Below are positions 56,110 to 64,000 of a stretch of 64,000 bases of DNA, one piece after another. Positions within the stretch are counted from its first letter, which is position 1. Every line of letters begins with the position of its first letter. The position numbers and the translations under genes are program-made. This DNA is from Dehalococcoidia bacterium (GTDB lineage: Bacteria > Chloroflexota > Dehalococcoidia > Lucifugimonadales > JADFKI01): NCBI GenBank assembly GCA_965214635.1, contig OZ243964.1, positions 2,506,691-2,570,690 of the forward strand, read 5' to 3'. The notes beneath the pieces are model-generated. The model was given only the letters and a program-made list of their open reading frames with translations, was not told where the DNA came from and did no database searches.

Positions 56110-56138
56110 GTTTATAACACACAATGATGTTACCGTCA
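56110..56138 (-). promoter_or_regulatory. near-consensus sigma70-type promoter for the cbtB operon
   Basis: Minus strand: TTGACG (56138-56133), 17-nt spacer, TATAAA (56115-56110). It would give a leader of about 255 nt before the cbtB ATG. Confidence 0.55.
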
Positions 56139-56274
56139 ACGAACACTCTTTTCGTTTTGGCGCCGTTTTCTGATGTGTGCACAAAGTGCGGTTATCGGCT
56201 GTTGACCCGAACAGCCTGCTGTTGACGGCTGAACCGTGCGCCTCTTAATAGTGCAGCAGATACGCGGGGCGTTA

Positions 56275-58347
56275 TCATTGATTATCCTTGTGCTGTGCTC
56301 TCCGCACTGCCAATCGTATCGCATCTGCGCGCAGTTCGGTTAGGGGGATGTACTCGCCGCCGAGCGCATCGGCGACCTGCTGCGCGAGTCCGAAGCGGTT
56401 GGAGCGCGGCGCGGGGTCTAGGACGATGGACTGCACATCGTCTTGGCTTATGCTGCGGCAGACGCTGAGGGCTTCGTCGAATGCGTCGCCGCCGTTGATG
56501 CCCACATTGGCGCGGCAGTCGGACACGAGGGTGAGCAGCGGGGGCGTGTCGGGGTCGCGGATGCGCTGCTGCCGTATGAGGGTGTGTGCGTCGGCAAGTG
56601 CGAGCGCCATAGGGGTGCGCCCGCCTGTGGGCAGGTTGGCGAGGCGTTCCTGCGCAAGGTTGGCGCTGTTGGTGGGCGGCAACGCAATCTCCGAGCGCGT
56701 GCCACGAAAGGCTATCATCGCCACGCGTTCGCGGCGCTGATAGGCGTCCATCAGCAGCGACACAACCGCGCCTTTCGCCGCAGTCATTCGCTGCTGTGCG
56801 CCCATAGAGCCGCTGGAATCCAGCACGAACACGACCAAGTTGCCCACGCGCGACTCGCGCACCTTTTGCCGCAAGTCCCACGCCTCCACTTTCAGCGCAA
56901 GGCTGCCGTCGGAGTAGGGTTTGCGGCGGAGCTGGAACGGAGACGCTGCGCGCACTGTGGCGTCGACTGCGAGGTCGGTTACCTTGCCGTTGGGCGTTTC
57001 AGCGCCCACATAGCGCCCGGTGTGGTCGCCGGTGCGGGTGCTGGTGCGGTTGCCGCGGCTGGTGCGACGGCGCCTGTCGATGGCGTCGGTGTTCAGGGAT
57101 CGCACTTGAAACGGGGCGTCGCTGCCGAACACCTCCTCGTCCGCATCATCGTCGTCTTGTGGGGGAGCGTCGGCGTTTGGCGGCTGCACCATGTTTTGCG
57201 GTGTGCTGTCGTCAGACGGGGCGTCCTGTGCGTCTGATGCATCAGGCGTGTTCGGCGGCGTATCGGGCGGCTCGGACAAGATGTCTTGGGCGGTTTGGTG
57301 CAGCCGCTCTCGGTTGAGTTCGGGGTCGTCGAACGGCTGGCGGCGCATGCGGTGGAGCAGCGCCATCTCCGCTACCGTGAGCACATCGTCGGGGATGACG
57401 GTGGTTCTGCCCTTGTAAGCGGCGAGGGTTTGGGCGGCTTTGTAGATGACGATGTCGGCGCGCAGCCCGTCCACATCGTGCTGGGCGCAGAGGCGGGCGA
57501 TGAATAGCAGCATTGCGTCGTCCACCTGCGCTTGGGGCAGCAGCGCTATGGCGTCCGCTATCCGCTGGCGCTCGGCGGCTTCGGCGGCGTCCCATGTTGC
57601 GGAGAACGCTGCGGGATCGCGCTCGTATGCGATGCGCCGTCGGATGACCTCCGCACGCAACGGGGCGTCGCGGATGTGGTCGATTTCCACCGCCAAGCCG
57701 AAGCGGTCGATGAACTGCGGGCGCAGGTCGCCTTCCTCTGGGTTCATCGTGCCGATGAGCAGGAATTGCGCCGGATGTGCGAACGATATGCCCTCGCGCT
57801 CCACGAAGTTGCGCCCCATAGCGGCGGAGTCCAGCAGCACATCCACCACATGATCGTTCAGCAGGTTCACCTCGTCGATGTAGAGGATGCCGCGATGGGC
57901 GGACGCCAGCAGCCCCGGCTCGAAGCGCCGCCTGCCCTCGCGAATGGCGGCTTCGATGTCGAGCGCGCCGACCACCGCCTCTTCGGTGGCGCTGACAGGG
58001 AGTTCGACGAGACGCACTTGGCGCTGAACGGGCTGGCGGCGCTGAACGGGCTGACGGCGCTGGGATGCCGCGCTTGCATCGGCACAGAAGTCGCAGCCAT
58101 CGAAGGGAGCGTCCGGGACGCAGCTGAACGGGCAGCCGGCGACGACCTCAAGCTCGGGCAGTAGCGCCGCAAGCGAGCGCGCCGCTGTGGACTTCGCCGT
58201 CCCCTTTTCGCCCCTTATCAGCACGCCGCCGATGCCGGGATTGATGGCGTTCAGCGTCAGCGCCAATTTCATCCGCTCCTGCCCCACGATGGCGCAGAAC
58301 GGGAAGTCTTTGGCATGGGCATGTGGGTCTTGGGTCGGTTGATGCAT
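56275..58347 (-). CDS. ChlI-ChlD (BchI/BchD)-type AAA+ / vWA chelatase fusion, putative cobaltochelatase component
   Basis: 690 aa. N-terminus 'FPFCAIVGQERMKLALTLNAINPGIGGVLIRGEKGTAKST', a central acidic/Pro-rich linker, and a C-terminal vWA domain 'VVFVLDSSGSMG'. Confidence 0.85.
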   Translation of the reverse strand: MHQPTQDPHAHAKDFPFCAIVGQERMKLALTLNAINPGIGGVLIRGEKGTAKSTAARSLAALLPELEVVAGCPFSCVPDAPFDGCDFCADASAASQRRQPVQRRQPVQRQVRLVELPVSATEEAVVGALDIEAAIREGRRRFEPGLLASAHRGILYIDEVNLLNDHVVDVLLDSAAMGRNFVEREGISFAHPAQFLLIGTMNPEEGDLRPQFIDRFGLAVEIDHIRDAPLRAEVIRRRIAYERDPAAFSATWDAAEAAERQRIADAIALLPQAQVDDAMLLFIARLCAQHDVDGLRADIVIYKAAQTLAAYKGRTTVIPDDVLTVAEMALLHRMRRQPFDDPELNRERLHQTAQDILSEPPDTPPNTPDASDAQDAPSDDSTPQNMVQPPNADAPPQDDDDADEEVFGSDAPFQVRSLNTDAIDRRRRTSRGNRTSTRTGDHTGRYVGAETPNGKVTDLAVDATVRAASPFQLRRKPYSDGSLALKVEAWDLRQKVRESRVGNLVVFVLDSSGSMGAQQRMTAAKGAVVSLLMDAYQRRERVAMIAFRGTRSEIALPPTNSANLAQERLANLPTGGRTPMALALADAHTLIRQQRIRDPDTPPLLTLVSDCRANVGINGGDAFDEALSVCRSISQDDVQSIVLDPAPRSNRFGLAQQVADALGGEYIPLTELRADAIRLAVRRAQHKDNQ

Positions 58348-58468
58348 TGGGAGTTGTTAGCCGCCAGCGGCGTGTTGCTAGATGTCGGTTGTCGGCAATC
58401 GGTTCAGGACGGGACCGATTGGGGTTGTCGAGATTGGGGTTGAAAGACATAGCGGCGGTTGGGCAGGG

Positions 58469-59794
58469 CTAGGTCTTAACCACGCCGACGCCCTTTTCGA
58501 TGCGGATCTCTGTGCCCAAGGGTTTGGACAGGCGCTTGATGCGCTCTATGGAACGGCGTCCCGATTTGGAGTCGGCGAGGATGGGTCTGCCGCGCTGAGA
58601 GCGGCGCTTGCCGTATCCGAGGTCTATGGGGTGCAGCGTGAGGCGGTTTAGCTCGCCGCTCTTGAACTCGCAGCGCGCAACCACGCTCTCCCAGTACAGC
58701 GGGTCGGCGGGGAAGCCGCGCTTGTCGTGCTCGCTGCGCGCGTCGTAGAAGTCGGCTGGCGTGGCGTCCTGCGCCAAGCCCACAGTGTCGTAGTTGTGGG
58801 AGGGCTGCCAGCGCACCGTGTCGTTTTGGAACACGAAGTTGCCGAGGCTGTACATAATCGGCTTGCGCTTGTAGATCTCTATGCCGCGCGTAACATGGGG
58901 GCCGTGCCCGATGAAGGCGTCTGCGCCCTCGTCGATGCAGGCGTGAGCGAACTCCGTGAGGAAGTCGGGCGGCGTGTCGCGATGTGCGCCGCTTTCGTGG
59001 CAGTGCACCGACACCATCACCCAATCCGCCATGCGGCGGGCGTCTCGAACCCATCTAATGTTGTCTTGCAGGTCTTTCGTAACGAGCTTGGTGCTGATGC
59101 CGAAGTCTTCGCCGAGCGCAAACTGCTTGTCCAAGAACACGAATCTGGTGTCGGTGTCCTCGGGGATGGCGCCCTTGTGGCGGAAGTTGCGGAGGGCGTT
59201 GCGTTGCGCTTCCAGCCCGAGCTTGGTGTTGATGCGGCGCAGGGCGTCGAAGGCGGGGCGGTCGATGGTGTGCGTGGCGACGAAGCGCAGCGGGTTGAGT
59301 CCTGGGCGCCCGTTGATGTCGGGGCGCTGCTCCATTGCGCGCCCGGCTTCGGCGAATGTGGAGGACGCAGATATTAGCGCAACCCGCCCGTTTGCGGTGT
59401 CTATGTAACCGGGGGCGCGGGCTTCGCTCAGGTTGCGCCCCGTGCCGGCGTGCACTAGGCGCGAGCGGCGCAGGTGCGACAGGTTCGTCAGCACGCCGCC
59501 CTCGCCATAATCGTAGCTATGGTTGTTGGCGCAGGACACGAGGTTCACGCCCAGCCATTCCAGCTCGTGCAGGTTGTCCGGGTCAGACGCCGTGAATGTC
59601 CCGCCTGCGATGCCCGGCGAATGCTCGTAGTCGTGCATGAGCATCTCCAAGTTGGTGAAGCCCACATCGGCGCTGCGAAAGAGTTCGGCGAGGCGGATGA
59701 AGCCGCTCTCCCGAAACACGGACATGCGCCGGGTTATCATCGTGTCGCCGCTTGCGACTAAGGTCAGGTCGCCGGATTCTGCATCGTATAGCAT
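58469..59794 (-). CDS. CapA/PGA_cap family metallophosphatase-like protein
   Basis: 441 aa. 'ADVGFTNLE', 'VNLVSCANNHSYDYG', 'MVSVHCHE', 'FIGHGPHVTRGIE'. Confidence 0.75.
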   Translation of the reverse strand: MLYDAESGDLTLVASGDTMITRRMSVFRESGFIRLAELFRSADVGFTNLEMLMHDYEHSPGIAGGTFTASDPDNLHELEWLGVNLVSCANNHSYDYGEGGVLTNLSHLRRSRLVHAGTGRNLSEARAPGYIDTANGRVALISASSTFAEAGRAMEQRPDINGRPGLNPLRFVATHTIDRPAFDALRRINTKLGLEAQRNALRNFRHKGAIPEDTDTRFVFLDKQFALGEDFGISTKLVTKDLQDNIRWVRDARRMADWVMVSVHCHESGAHRDTPPDFLTEFAHACIDEGADAFIGHGPHVTRGIEIYKRKPIMYSLGNFVFQNDTVRWQPSHNYDTVGLAQDATPADFYDARSEHDKRGFPADPLYWESVVARCEFKSGELNRLTLHPIDLGYGKRRSQRGRPILADSKSGRRSIERIKRLSKPLGTEIRIEKGVGVVKT

Positions 59795-59961
59795 AAAGAT
59801 GTCCGTGGGTTGGTTTTTGCTAGGCTATCAGTGGGTCAAGTCCGCCCGTACTCGACGCATGTGCCGCTTGTTCAAGATGGACGGCAGACTGATGGGGACA
59901 GTGTCGATCTGTCGATTAGGCTGTCTCGCATCCGCCAATTCGAATGGCGGGACGATGCTCG

Positions 59962-60546
59962 CTACAAGCGCGGGATTTCTTGGACGGCGCTGGCTTCCAG
60001 CGGGACATATTCGTTTGCGAGCAAGCCCATCACGACCGAGTCGAAGCGCGCGCCCTCGTGTGGGCGGCTCTTGCGTAGCGTGCCTTCATGCTGGAAACCT
60101 AAGTGCGCGAACATATTGCGCGCAGGGGTGTTGTATTCGGGGATGTCCACCCACACGCGGTATAAGCCGTACTCATTGAACGCCGTTTCTAGAGCACGCC
60201 GCGCCGCAGCCGAGCCGTAGCCGTGATGCCAAAGGTCTTTGCGCCCTATCAGCACGGAGAGCTGTCCGTCGCCGAGTGATTCTTCTATGGCGATGTGTAC
60301 CTCTCCGATGTGACCATCGTCGGGGCTGTATATGGACAAGATGCGATGCTCCGGGTTGTCAAACACGCGCTCCCATCCCTCGTCTGACACATCGTCCATC
60401 TCATCGGGGTGGTAGCCGAGGTGCGCCGGGTTGCCGTATGCGTAGCGACCGAACCACGACTCGCTCACTTCCTCGTCGTCCAGCCAACGCCGTATGCGTG
60501 CCACATCGTCTCGGGTTACCGTCTTCAGGTCAATCTCGCGAGGCAT
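59962..60546 (-). CDS. GNAT family N-acetyltransferase
   Basis: 194 aa. 'WHHGYGSAAARRALETAFNEYGLYRVWVDIPEYNTPARNMFAHLGFQHEG'. Confidence 0.8.
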   Translation of the reverse strand: MPREIDLKTVTRDDVARIRRWLDDEEVSESWFGRYAYGNPAHLGYHPDEMDDVSDEGWERVFDNPEHRILSIYSPDDGHIGEVHIAIEESLGDGQLSVLIGRKDLWHHGYGSAAARRALETAFNEYGLYRVWVDIPEYNTPARNMFAHLGFQHEGTLRKSRPHEGARFDSVVMGLLANEYVPLEASAVQEIPRL

Positions 60547-60692
60547 AGTTCACCTCCTCACTAATCGTTGGTCTTTTAAGATGTCATAATTTTGTTAGCG
60601 GTCGATTGGTGTCTGTGCTTGGCAGCAAGACATAGCGCCCGTCCACCGTTTTCTGATGTTACCAAACGAAGGCGCAAGTTCGCAAATGCGTC

Positions 60693-60721
60693 TTGACAAT
60701 ATGGAACATATATTCTAGTAT
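60693..60721 (+). promoter_or_regulatory. near-consensus sigma70-type promoter upstream of the terminase gene
   Basis: TTGACA (60693-60698), 17-nt spacer, TAGTAT (60716-60721). Confidence 0.55.
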
Positions 60722-60730
60722 GGGTGCGGT

Positions 60731-60777
60731 GAGGGGACGGACCCAGCGCATGGGTTCGCCCCCTCTCTTGTTTTTTT
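60731..60777 (+). terminator. intrinsic terminator immediately downstream of the promoter
   Basis: 13-bp stem GAGGGGACGGACCC / GGGTTCGCCCCCTC with one mismatch and a 7-nt loop, then TCTTG-TTTTTTT. It is plus-strand specific. Confidence 0.7.
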
Positions 60778-60818
60778 GCGGCGGCGGTGGATGTTGATGG
60801 TGTGGGGAGGGCGATGCA

Positions 60819-62204
60819 GTGTCAGATGACAGAGCGCTCAGTCGAGCGCCGAAGAGCGAAGATGCGAACAGGTACACAAGGTACACATCGGAAGACTTTG
60901 CCGATATGTCGGCTTTGGAGTTTGTGGTTCGAGTGTTGAAGGAAGCCCCATATGCCAAGCAGGAAGAGATGCTGCGTGCGGTGGATGGTGCGCGCCGTGT
61001 GTCCGTCGTGGGCTGCAACGGCTCGGGCAAGGACTGGACGGCGGCGCGCATCGTGCTGTGGTGGGTACATCGCCACTCCCCCGCCAAAGCCATCGTTACA
61101 GGCCCCACGCTGCGCCAAGTGGATGACATCGTTTGGAACGAAATCCGCTACGCACATGCCCGCCTGCCCAAGGGCGTCAGGGGCAGGATGTTTCGCACAG
61201 CGCGCTACAAGGTGGACGAGCAGACCTTCGCACTTGGATTCACCTCCAACTCGCCGTTCAACTTGCAGGGCTTCCATTCGCCCAACCTGCTTGTCGCCGT
61301 TACCGAGGCGCACGCCGTATCCCGCGACGACATGGATGCCCTGCGCCGCCTGAATCCGTCTTGCTTCTTGATGACCGGCAACCCATTCGTTATGAGCGGC
61401 GAATTCTTCGACTCGCACCATTCGCGCCGCAGCCACTACGAGACGGTGCAAATCAGCGCAATGGAGACGCCCAACATCAAAGAGGGGCGCATAGTAATCC
61501 CCGGCATGATGACCGTGCAGGATGTAGAAGACCGCAAGCAGGATTGGGGCGAAGACTCGCCGATGTACACCGGTTCGGTGCTAGGGCGCTTCCCCGATAA
61601 CCTAGACGGCGTGGTCGTGCCGCTGCGGTATGCGACGGAGGCGGCGCACCGCCGGCTTGAGCCGGACGCCGATGACATCGTAACCCTCGCTTGCGATGTG
61701 GCGCGCTTCGGGCGAGACCGCACCGTGATAATGCGGCGTCAAGGCGCTGTGGTGCACATCGTGCGCCGTATCCGCGGCGATGACACGATGCAGATAGTTG
61801 GTGCGCTCAAGTCGTACTGCGATGAGCATCGCGTGGATGTGCTGGTGGTGGACGAAACCGGTGTCGGCGGTGGCGTGGTGGACAGGCTGCGCGAACTGCC
61901 GCTCGGTGATACGCGCATCGTGCCGTTCAATGCTGGCGCAAAAGCCAAAGACGACAAACGCTATGCCAATCGCAGCGCCGAAGTGTGGTGGGCGATGCGC
62001 GAGCGTTACATGAGCGGCGACATCTGCACCGACAACGACGATGCGCTCATCAGCCAAGTGTCGGCGCGCGAGTATGACTACGACAGCAGTGGGCGCATGA
62101 GGCTCAAGAGCAAGCGCAGCATGGCTTCCTCGCCCGACGAAGCCGACGCCCTAGCGATGACCTTCGCCGCAGAGGGGCGCATCGGTCTCAATATCTGGGT
62201 GTGA
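60819..62204 (+). CDS. terL: phage terminase large subunit
   Basis: 461 aa, GTG start behind GGGGAGGG. Walker A-like 'VVGCNGSGKDWTAA'. The C-terminal nuclease part has 'LACDVARFGRDRTVIM' and 'VDETGVGGGVVD'. Confidence 0.8.
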   Translation: MSDDRALSRAPKSEDANRYTRYTSEDFADMSALEFVVRVLKEAPYAKQEEMLRAVDGARRVSVVGCNGSGKDWTAARIVLWWVHRHSPAKAIVTGPTLRQVDDIVWNEIRYAHARLPKGVRGRMFRTARYKVDEQTFALGFTSNSPFNLQGFHSPNLLVAVTEAHAVSRDDMDALRRLNPSCFLMTGNPFVMSGEFFDSHHSRRSHYETVQISAMETPNIKEGRIVIPGMMTVQDVEDRKQDWGEDSPMYTGSVLGRFPDNLDGVVVPLRYATEAAHRRLEPDADDIVTLACDVARFGRDRTVIMRRQGAVVHIVRRIRGDDTMQIVGALKSYCDEHRVDVLVVDETGVGGGVVDRLRELPLGDTRIVPFNAGAKAKDDKRYANRSAEVWWAMRERYMSGDICTDNDDALISQVSAREYDYDSSGRMRLKSKRSMASSPDEADALAMTFAAEGRIGLNIWV

Positions 62205-62305
62205 TGAGTGCTTTGAGTTGTCCCGATACGGGTGAGCAGTTACCGTATCCCATTTCCAATACGAGCGGCATACCGAACAATTAGCAGCCTGTTGGAGTTT
62301 TTCCT

Positions 62306-63643
62306 ATGAACATTACGCAATCGTTGAGAGAACTGCCTGTTGTGCGCGGCGTGTCTGCGATGCGGGCTGAGTTTGTGCGGCGGCGGGAAGCGGCGCATGC
62401 CGAGCGGCGTGCCCATGCTGCTACTGCGATGACGAACATGGGCGGCTTGAACGCATACTCGCTCGACGGCATGTCCGTTGGGTTGGGTGCTGGGACGCAG
62501 TGGGCGCCGGCGTCATATGGCGAATACTATCCGCGCTCTGCTAGCGTGTACGCTGCCATCAAGGTGCGCCAAGACGCTGTTTCGCGCATCCCCTTGCGAG
62601 TTCTGCGCCGTATGCCTGAAGCGCATAGCCGTGTTTCGGGCGATGTTCTCAGCTCGCATGGCGATAATGGCAGCGGCGAAATGGATTGGCGGCGTGTTCG
62701 TGCTGACGCCGTTCCCGTGGGCGCCGCCCACCCGCTGCAGCGGCTGTTGGATGCGCCCAACCCGTTTTGGAGCAAGGGCGACCTGTGGCGCGCTACGGAG
62801 ACGCATCTGTCGCTGTGGGGCGCTGCGTTCTGGGCGCTGGAGCGCGACGAGCAAGGGCGCATCGCCGAACTCTGGCCGCTCCGCCCGGACAAGGTTCGCA
62901 TCGTGCCGGACTCAGACCACTATGTGCGCGGCTTCGTGTATGTCGGCGGGAACGGCGGGCAGCTCGTTCCGTACATCCCGGAAGACATCGTTTGGATGCG
63001 CTACTTCAACCCGTTGGACGAGTACGCCGGGCTGTCGCCCATTGCGCCGCTGCGAATGTCCGCAGATATGGGGATGGACGCCCTGCGCGCCAACCGCAGC
63101 CTGCTAGGAAATGACAGCACTCCGGGCGTCATCATCGAGACGGCAGACTATCCCACCGATGCCGAGGTGAGCGCATTCTATCGGCGTTGGGAACAGCGGT
63201 TTCGCGGCGTGGGCAAGACGCGTCGCCCCGCGCTGCTTAGCCCCGGCATGAAGGCGTCCAACCTCGGCTTCAGCCCCCGCGACATGGAATACATCCAGAG
63301 CCTGCGCTGGAGCTTGGAGGACATCACGCGTGTGTTCGGTGTGCCAAAAGTGATGATTGGCGACCTCGAAAACACCACATTCTCCAACTTCAACACCGCA
63401 CGCCGCCTGTTTTGGGAGGACACGATAGCAGCACAGTTGGCGTTCTACCAAGAGGCGCTGCAACTGCGCCTGCTGCCGCATTTCGGCGACCCGTCGCTGA
63501 TGGTGGAGTTCGACTTGAGCGGCGTGGATGCGCTGAAAGAGAGCGAGAATGAGAAGGCGAAGCGCCGCCGCTCATATGTGGAGGCGGGCATCATGACCAT
63601 CGACGAAGTGCGCCGCGAGATGAACTTGCCACCGATGAAATAG
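62306..63643 (+). CDS. phage portal protein (HK97-type)
   Basis: 445 aa. 'VYAAIKVRQDAVSRIPL', 'LWGAAFWALERDEQGRIAELWPLRPDKV', 'EYIQSLRWSLEDITRVFGVP'. Confidence 0.8.
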   Translation: MNITQSLRELPVVRGVSAMRAEFVRRREAAHAERRAHAATAMTNMGGLNAYSLDGMSVGLGAGTQWAPASYGEYYPRSASVYAAIKVRQDAVSRIPLRVLRRMPEAHSRVSGDVLSSHGDNGSGEMDWRRVRADAVPVGAAHPLQRLLDAPNPFWSKGDLWRATETHLSLWGAAFWALERDEQGRIAELWPLRPDKVRIVPDSDHYVRGFVYVGGNGGQLVPYIPEDIVWMRYFNPLDEYAGLSPIAPLRMSADMGMDALRANRSLLGNDSTPGVIIETADYPTDAEVSAFYRRWEQRFRGVGKTRRPALLSPGMKASNLGFSPRDMEYIQSLRWSLEDITRVFGVPKVMIGDLENTTFSNFNTARRLFWEDTIAAQLAFYQEALQLRLLPHFGDPSLMVEFDLSGVDALKESENEKAKRRRSYVEAGIMTIDEVRREMNLPPMK

Positions 63644-63699
63644 GCGGTCAGCCGCCGACCAACTAAACCGACTATGCTCATAAGCAAGAGGGAGATGCA

Positions 63700-63891
63700 A
63701 TGTACAATCGCACACCGCGCCGTGCGCTCAAGCGCGCATACGCCATTCGCTGTGAACACGATGGGCTGAAGATGGGGGAGGTCAAGGCGGGGCATCTCAT
63801 CCTGCGCGCCAAGCATCACGGAGAGACGCACATCCACATCGTGGCGCTGCGCGACCTGATGGACTTGCGGGACGATTGCGCCGACAGCTAG
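63700..63891 (+). CDS. small hypothetical phage-module protein
   Basis: 63-aa ORF with good RBS (AGAGGGAG). No recognisable family. Confidence 0.3.
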   Translation: MYNRTPRRALKRAYAIRCEHDGLKMGEVKAGHLILRAKHHGETHIHIVALRDLMDLRDDCADS

Positions 63892-64000
63892 GGCGGCGTC
63901 TATTTGCGCACCCGCAGTGGCTTTGTCCCAAATGCCGCCAAGCAATTCGCCTAGTTCAGCCGTGTGGGAGTGGTTTGGGGGCTATGTCTGTGGCATGAAG

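Noticed and set aside
55889-56182. 97-aa minus-strand ORF (and a 78-aa plus-strand ORF) in the cbtB upstream region
   Set aside because: No RBS, an Arg-rich tail, and it spans the predicted promoter. The region is better explained as an untranslated leader.
58020-58060. 18-bp direct duplication encoding RRQPVQ-RRQPVQ in the ChlI-ChlD fusion
   Set aside because: It is a short in-frame duplication in a linker-like segment with no evident functional implication.

Overview
GC-rich bacterial chromosomal window, densely coding on both strands. By eye I found no rRNA, tRNA or CRISPR array. Content in order: (1) 0-9.8 kb, housekeeping genes: MFS transporter, dgkA, polA, a lone family-5 ABC substrate-binding protein, a 7-bladed propeller lipoprotein, selB. 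(2) 9.85-13.5 kb, a three-gene NurA nuclease / HAS-barrel-like protein / HerA ATPase module. It is followed at 13.5-15.2 kb by a head-to-tail array of 3.5 near-identical copies (448-bp period) of a small two-TM protein gene. (3) 15.2-24.2 kb, a MOSC protein, three enolase-superfamily dehydratase paralogues, an MFS transporter, small unknowns and YihY. (4) 24.3-26.3 kb, a mobile-DNA patch: a Uma2/DUF820-like gene with two frameshifts and an apparently intact IS1-family insertion with an 8-bp target duplication. The whole patch is bracketed by the same terminal sequences as a second IS found at 45.6-46.6 kb. (5) 27.3-35.7 kb, a single 2,774-aa secreted cadherin-repeat giant protein. (6) 36-43 kb, an amidase, a DUF1800 / NHL propeller / DUF1501 trio and an MFS transporter. 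(7) 43.2-58.3 kb, a minus-strand cobalamin late-step/salvage cluster: ChlI-ChlD chelatase fusion, cbtB, cbtA, cobO, cobT, cobS, cbiB, cobD, cobC, cobQ, cobU, pduX-like kinase, cbiE-like methylase. A 1,066-bp IS with an 8-bp target duplication has inserted into the last codons of cobQ. (8) 58.5-60.5 kb, CapA-like and GNAT genes. (9) From 60.7 kb to the window end, a phage-type head module (large terminase, HK97-type portal) preceded by a near-consensus promoter that runs straight into an intrinsic terminator. Gene content (multiple enolase-superfamily paralogues, MFS transporters, DUF1800/DUF1501, NHL propellers) resembles marine Chloroflexota of the SAR202 type, but that is only an impression. 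All functional calls come from motifs recognised by eye in the supplied translations. No database search was run.
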